A DNA stretch of 64,000 nucleotides from Candidatus Bathyarchaeota archaeon. GTDB lineage: Archaea > Thermoproteota > Bathyarchaeia > 40CM-2-53-6. The stretch lies in contig CAVTBR010000003.1 in the NCBI GenBank assembly GCA_963733055.1, forward strand, positions 224,001 to 288,000, in the 5' to 3' direction. Positions 59,604-64,000 of this stretch are shown piece after piece. Within the stretch, counting starts at the first letter, position 1, and each line of letters starts with the position of its first letter. The position numbers were made by a program, and so were the translations under genes. The notes beneath the pieces are model-generated. The model was given only the letters and a program-made list of their open reading frames with translations. It searched no databases and was not told the origin of the DNA.

Positions 59604-59891
59604 CTCGCCTTCCTCATCCTTACATAAGGACGGTCGCCCATTAAATACGCTGTCTTAACCGACTCCCCAATCACAATTACATTCAGGTACAATTCGCTGA
59701 TGTTCAGGACGAAGTGTCTGGAACCTAGCGAGTCAAGAAACACCTCATTCGGATTCTCCAATGCTTGAATCAGGCATCGAAGAACGTCCTCTTGGGAAAA
59801 CCCAATCGCAGAGATGCTTTCGAAGAATAGGATCGATTACCTCAGGCCTAAGAACCACCGAGGATCCATCGTAAACCCTGAGCCGCCGCAT
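59576..59891 (-). CDS. Putative RelE/DUF4258-like toxin (apparent 1-nt insertion at 59810)
   Basis: Removing one T joins MRRLRVYDG...ILRKH to LAIGF...ALENPNEVF...VKTAYL. Confidence 0.55.
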
Positions 59892-59915
59892 CTCGTTCTG
59901 CTCCGAGAACTCAAC

Positions 59916-61217
59916 TTAACTCGAACTCGATTTCCGTCGCCCCACGGTTTTTGCTTCGGGCTTTGAAGTGGTCGCGCCAAGTGGAGATGCGAGCCGCCCC
60001 GCGATTCGTTTAAGCGCACTTTGGAGCTTGGGATTGAAGCACACGAAGTAACCGGACAAGAAGATCAACTGTCGTATCGCGGCCTCAACGTTCGTTAGGC
60101 CAAAGGGCGTGAGCTGATCCGTCAAGTAGCGTGGGAGTTCTGGATGGCTGCTGCCTATGAAGTAGAACATTATGATGAATGCGTTCAGGACGTCGGCGAT
60201 TCGATATATGAGGAAGTTGAAGTTCGGTGTTAAGATTACGATTGGAATCAGCTGGACCATCATCTGCGGGTCGAAGAGATACACCACTCCATACCACGCG
60301 TACCACGTCATCAATATTTTTTCGAGGGGGGTATGTTTCGTGAGTAGCGCGTAGATCATGAGGAAGAAGAAAATCCCGAGGCTCAGTATCTGGCCCGCCC
60401 TCGCGCCCGAGATTATGTCTCCTAGCCCCGTCGCTGAAATCGCCATGGAGATCCATGTGTTTTGTAGTTGATGGTTCGGGCCGCTATAGCCTACGAAGAG
60501 TTTTACCCAGACATCGAAGTTCGCGACAGCGAACGGAAGATTTACCGCTAGCCAGACGATCGCGGCGGTCAGGGTGAAGTTGATTCGCATCCTCCAGTTC
60601 TGCAGCCCAGCGAGCATTGGGAAGAGCATTATGCCGGGCGTGAACTTCGTGAGTACGCCTAAGGCTAGCGTTACGGCCGCCCATTCGAAGCGTTGATCCA
60701 AGTATAGCCAAATCGAGAGGGTTACGAAATATGCGACGAGGAAATCCCAGTTGTAAAATCCGTACACGACGAAGGTTAAGGTGGTGAGCATGTAGAGGAG
60801 GATTCGGGTTTTGCTTAGGTTTAGTTTCGTGCAGAGCATGTAGAGGGTGTAGATAGTGCCGATCATGAACGGGTATTCGAGTAGGCCTTCGACAACTACG
60901 AAGGTGTTGTAGGAATCGATAACGAATGGGAAGTAGGTCGAGATGGCTTGGCCTAGGTAGATGAGTAGGCCTATCATCTGTGGGTATTCAAGCTCGTACT
61001 GGACATATGGAATCTCTAGGTTGTGATGCCCCGTGTAGACGTCACGAATCCACAGCCAACCGACATCGCTGTAGTGGCTCGGAACGATGAACGGAACCTT
61101 GCTGAGAGCGCTGAGGATCCATATGGTTGTGGCTATGATTATTATGATTCTAAATTCGGTATCCCGTTGGAGTAGGGATCCGAAACCGCGCAAGCCGTAA
61201 CCTGACATGCGATGCAC
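59916..61217 (-). CDS. GT87/PIG-M-like polytopic glycosyltransferase
   Basis: HYSDV..LW, PY...LEYP, NWD, LGVLTKF.P, VNLPF, PQ motifs. Confidence 0.8.
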   Translation of the reverse strand: MHRMSGYGLRGFGSLLQRDTEFRIIIIIATTIWILSALSKVPFIVPSHYSDVGWLWIRDVYTGHHNLEIPYVQYELEYPQMIGLLIYLGQAISTYFPFVIDSYNTFVVVEGLLEYPFMIGTIYTLYMLCTKLNLSKTRILLYMLTTLTFVVYGFYNWDFLVAYFVTLSIWLYLDQRFEWAAVTLALGVLTKFTPGIMLFPMLAGLQNWRMRINFTLTAAIVWLAVNLPFAVANFDVWVKLFVGYSGPNHQLQNTWISMAISATGLGDIISGARAGQILSLGIFFFLMIYALLTKHTPLEKILMTWYAWYGVVYLFDPQMMVQLIPIVILTPNFNFLIYRIADVLNAFIIMFYFIGSSHPELPRYLTDQLTPFGLTNVEAAIRQLIFLSGYFVCFNPKLQSALKRIAGRLASPLGATTSKPEAKTVGRRKSSSS

Positions 61218-62387
61218 TCAACCCACGTCTGAGCGGGAACCATCTTTAGAAACTTTCTTTCCAGCCGACGCTTCCGGAGGTTTAGCTGCCGAGCCTGGGA
61301 ATCGTTTCCTCGCGTTTGCGTTTTCCAAGTGTATGACGAGAATTAGGTAGATGAAAATCCAAGCGATAAAGAGGATTTCGCCAATCGATCCGTGGAATGC
61401 TTCAAAGTCAAGGCTGATGTACGTGATGTACAATACTATTAGAGTGATGCGGATTACGTTCACGAAATAAGTTCCCGCCGCCCCAATCACGGCATAGATG
61501 ATTTTGCGGGTTCTGGACGCGTCAAGTTTTACCATGAGGACCAGAATTACGAGGCTGTAGACCACCATGCTAACCACGCCCGAGGAAGGCCAGTAGATGA
61601 CGAGGGGCATGGGGCCCTTCAGCCCGTAGATGGTAAGCCGGTTCCCGCGGAGCCACAGGCTGGGAGGTTTGATGGTCCCATTCAATGGGACGGAGCTTCT
61701 ATTCACTTGGTAGCCGGCCAAGCCCAGTATGAAAACGACCACGTTCCAAATCAGGTAGACCCAGACCTGCAGGAACGCTAGGGAGTCTTCGGGAAAGAAG
61801 GCATCCATCATATCGAGGATTGCGCTGCCGATAGTGTAGATGACGGGTGTCGCCATGAGGAGGATTGAGCTCGTTGAGTAGAGTACGCCGGTCGCGAATA
61901 TGCAGTAAACCGCGTACGTGAGATAATCCATGGCTAATAGAAAACTCAGCGGCGCGCTCTGTGAAACGCCAAGTTGACTCGTCACATAGACTCGTATATA
62001 CGTCGTGAAATTCGTGTCCATTGGCGTATTGTTGATCGGGTTGATTGGAGGGCGAACGAAGAACCCGTTGAAGATTCTAAAGTAGTAGTAGACGAGCAGG
62101 GCGATGAGGATTAGTCCCATGATTAGGTAGCGTCGTTTGTCGCGTGTAGCCTCGAATCTTTTGCGTGAGTCATGAAAGTCCCAGGCTACTAGGAAGAAGA
62201 TGAAGGCCATTCCGGCCCTTCCCACTTGTTGTCCCACGAACCATACAAGTGTGAAGGAGGCTGGGTCGGCTATGATTAGGAATATTATTGGAAATATGAT
62301 GAAGAGCAGCGGGTATGCGTCTCGTGTCTTGAATTCACGGTAGATGCTCGCGAAGAAGTTTCTAACCTGTCCTTTGACTAGCGGCAT
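61218..62387 (-). CDS. Archaeosortase/exosortase family protein with Ser at the nucleophile position (thaumarchaeosortase-like)
   Basis: YWPSSGVVS, VNVIRI (Arg), FHGSIGEILF (His). Confidence 0.82.
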   Translation of the reverse strand: MPLVKGQVRNFFASIYREFKTRDAYPLLFIIFPIIFLIIADPASFTLVWFVGQQVGRAGMAFIFFLVAWDFHDSRKRFEATRDKRRYLIMGLILIALLVYYYFRIFNGFFVRPPINPINNTPMDTNFTTYIRVYVTSQLGVSQSAPLSFLLAMDYLTYAVYCIFATGVLYSTSSILLMATPVIYTIGSAILDMMDAFFPEDSLAFLQVWVYLIWNVVVFILGLAGYQVNRSSVPLNGTIKPPSLWLRGNRLTIYGLKGPMPLVIYWPSSGVVSMVVYSLVILVLMVKLDASRTRKIIYAVIGAAGTYFVNVIRITLIVLYITYISLDFEAFHGSIGEILFIAWIFIYLILVIHLENANARKRFPGSAAKPPEASAGKKVSKDGSRSDVG

Positions 62388-62433
62388 TGGTGATGATCGT
62401 CCTGTTTGGGCTAAGTAATCATCATGCGTGGGC

Positions 62434-62979
62434 TTACTTGTCTTTTAGAAGTCTCTCTACCAATCTGGTGTCATGTTGTGTTCGGTCTATTCTGTGGATA
62501 TAGTCGATGAGGAAGGCGGACATGAAGAATATTGCTACGATTACTTTCGACGCGAAGACTACGTTGATGGGGGTTGGGTTTACTGAGATTGGAAAGGGGT
62601 TTGCGATAACGTCTGGGTTCGCTAAACCCTGTACAGCTAACGCCGCTGACCAGAGGACCATTTGGTAGATTATTTCGAAACCGCTCGCCATGGCGACCAG
62701 CCATGCGCCTATGTACATTGTTCTAAGCACGCTCGGCCGTGCCGAGAGCATCCTTCGACGGGTTAAAGGAGTATAGAGTCCGAAGGCAAATGATAGAAAC
62801 ATTGTAAACTGGAAGAAGGTTATTGGCTTCATGTAGAAGCCTGGAAGAATCGGTACCTCGATCAGTACTAGGCTTTGGCCGATAATTTGTCCTGCGGGCG
62901 TAAGGGTTGCGCCCAGAATCATAGCTAGGGCGGCTACTCCGAACCCGATTGATAGGATTGAGAATAGGTTCTGTTTCAC
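62434..62979 (-). CDS. Conserved hypothetical four-TM protein upstream of the archaeosortase
   Basis: YMKPIT, NPD.IANPFP...INVVFASK. Confidence 0.7.
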   Translation of the reverse strand: MKQNLFSILSIGFGVAALAMILGATLTPAGQIIGQSLVLIEVPILPGFYMKPITFFQFTMFLSFAFGLYTPLTRRRMLSARPSVLRTMYIGAWLVAMASGFEIIYQMVLWSAALAVQGLANPDVIANPFPISVNPTPINVVFASKVIVAIFFMSAFLIDYIHRIDRTQHDTRLVERLLKDK

Positions 62980-63049
62980 GAATTCAAGGGTTGAGAGTGC
63001 AGGCTTTACGGCGTTCTTTACGCGAGGTGACTTTCTATCCGTTTCTAAT

Positions 63050-63892
63050 TCACCTTTTTTGTGGTTTTTCCGATTTCTTACGTTTTTGGCTCACTGCCAC
63101 TGTGATGCTTAGGAGTATGATGACTACTGCGTCAATGGATAGTACGGTTAGGGTTTGTGTTTGTGATAGGCTTTGGGTCTGAACCGGAGCCACGTTGACC
63201 GTTAGCCCGGTGAAGTAGCCAACCCAATCGCCTGGATGAAGCCATGTGGTCCCGAGGATCAGGGTGAATGAGATGGATTGTGGCATCTTCCACCCTGCGG
63301 CCTCGAATTGAGTTGAGATGTCAATCTCCCTAGTTGACCAAGTGTTGAGGGGCGTTTGTGTTAGAATGATTCTGTGGTGGGGTAGCTGGAATACTTGGTT
63401 CGGTTGGTCTGCGAATATGTACCAAAGTAGGTTTGTTCCGTCATTTATTTCGACTCCAAACGCGGTTTCTGGATTGTTTGAGGCGTTGTTATACAAGTAT
63501 GGAAAGGTTGGATAGACGTCAATCGTAATTTTGGAACGAAAGATCTCTTCTAATGCTTGCCCTCGCAGATCCTGGCGTACGTGGACCGTGGTCCACACTT
63601 GAGAGTTGTTTGTGTTGGTTCGCTGAACCCTCAATGCGGTGGTTGGGCGATCTGCGACTTGGGTTTGGTAGACTGTGACGTTGTCTGTGGGTCCCTGGAT
63701 TAAGTCGATTGTCCATAGGTACGGGGTAAGAATATTCTTGGTCGGATCCACGGTCCAGAATTTCATGTTCGTGTTGAGGAGCGGGGGAGGCTGGAAAACT
63801 TGACCGTAGAAAACTATGAAAGCAGAGCTTACCGCGAGAATGCAGAAAGCGATGGCGGCGACACCCACTGCGAGCTTAAACTTTTCTGACAA
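63050..63892 (-). CDS. Membrane-anchored beta-rich extracellular protein
   Basis: N-terminal TM, TPLNTWS..EID, C-terminal TM plus KRKK. Confidence 0.7.
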   Translation of the reverse strand: MSEKFKLAVGVAAIAFCILAVSSAFIVFYGQVFQPPPLLNTNMKFWTVDPTKNILTPYLWTIDLIQGPTDNVTVYQTQVADRPTTALRVQRTNTNNSQVWTTVHVRQDLRGQALEEIFRSKITIDVYPTFPYLYNNASNNPETAFGVEINDGTNLLWYIFADQPNQVFQLPHHRIILTQTPLNTWSTREIDISTQFEAAGWKMPQSISFTLILGTTWLHPGDWVGYFTGLTVNVAPVQTQSLSQTQTLTVLSIDAVVIILLSITVAVSQKRKKSEKPQKR

Positions 63893-64000
63893 GAAAACTC
63901 CGCCTGTATAGCATCACAGCCGACATCACAAGTAACGGCGTCCAGAAGATGAAGTAGTTCTGTAAGCCGCAGGTACGAAAACCAAAGGATTATCGCAGGA
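63876..64000 (-). CDS. 3' end of a polytopic membrane protein, likely GT-C-like (partial; apparent 1-nt insertion at 63971)
   Basis: PAIILWFSY-RGLQNYFIFWTPLL...RKV* after removing one T from C[T]GCG. Confidence 0.55.

Overview
Archaeal chromosome segment of roughly 50% GC from Thermoproteota/TACK, most like Bathyarchaeia or a basal Nitrososphaeria-related lineage. Markers are Rpo12, EndA with a crenarchaeal-type loop, a Ser-type archaeosortase, CofE and very frequent TTG starts. About 65 CDS are present: housekeeping genes (endA, glyS, sdhAB, tatA-tatC-tatA, rpoP, hppA, cofE, nadE, HMG-CoA synthase fusion, gdhA, trmI), two surface-glycosylation clusters (~21.4-39.9 kb and ~53-62 kb), two ABC transporters without binding proteins, and Ig/PKD/Asp-box surface proteins. 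I found no rRNA, tRNA, CRISPR array or IS element. Main results: (1) A GT4 glycosyltransferase gene is interrupted by a 22-nt insertion (25027-25048) that folds into a bulge-helix-bulge motif. Standard EndA cleavage rules excise exactly the bases needed to restore the frame, so this is a likely archaeal mRNA intron. Two more in-frame 39-nt hairpin insertions (a methyltransferase and nadE) are weaker candidates, and the broad-specificity splicing endonuclease is in the same window. (2) Eight other frameshifts and one catalytic-residue substitution sit in or next to CGCG. This points to systematic base-calling errors at a methylated motif rather than pseudogenes. (3) Other leads are a ~150-nt structured RNA upstream of nadE, possible ACG start codons and several eukaryote-like small domains (SWIB, GOLD, AN1). 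All family calls come from motif recognition by eye; no searches were run.
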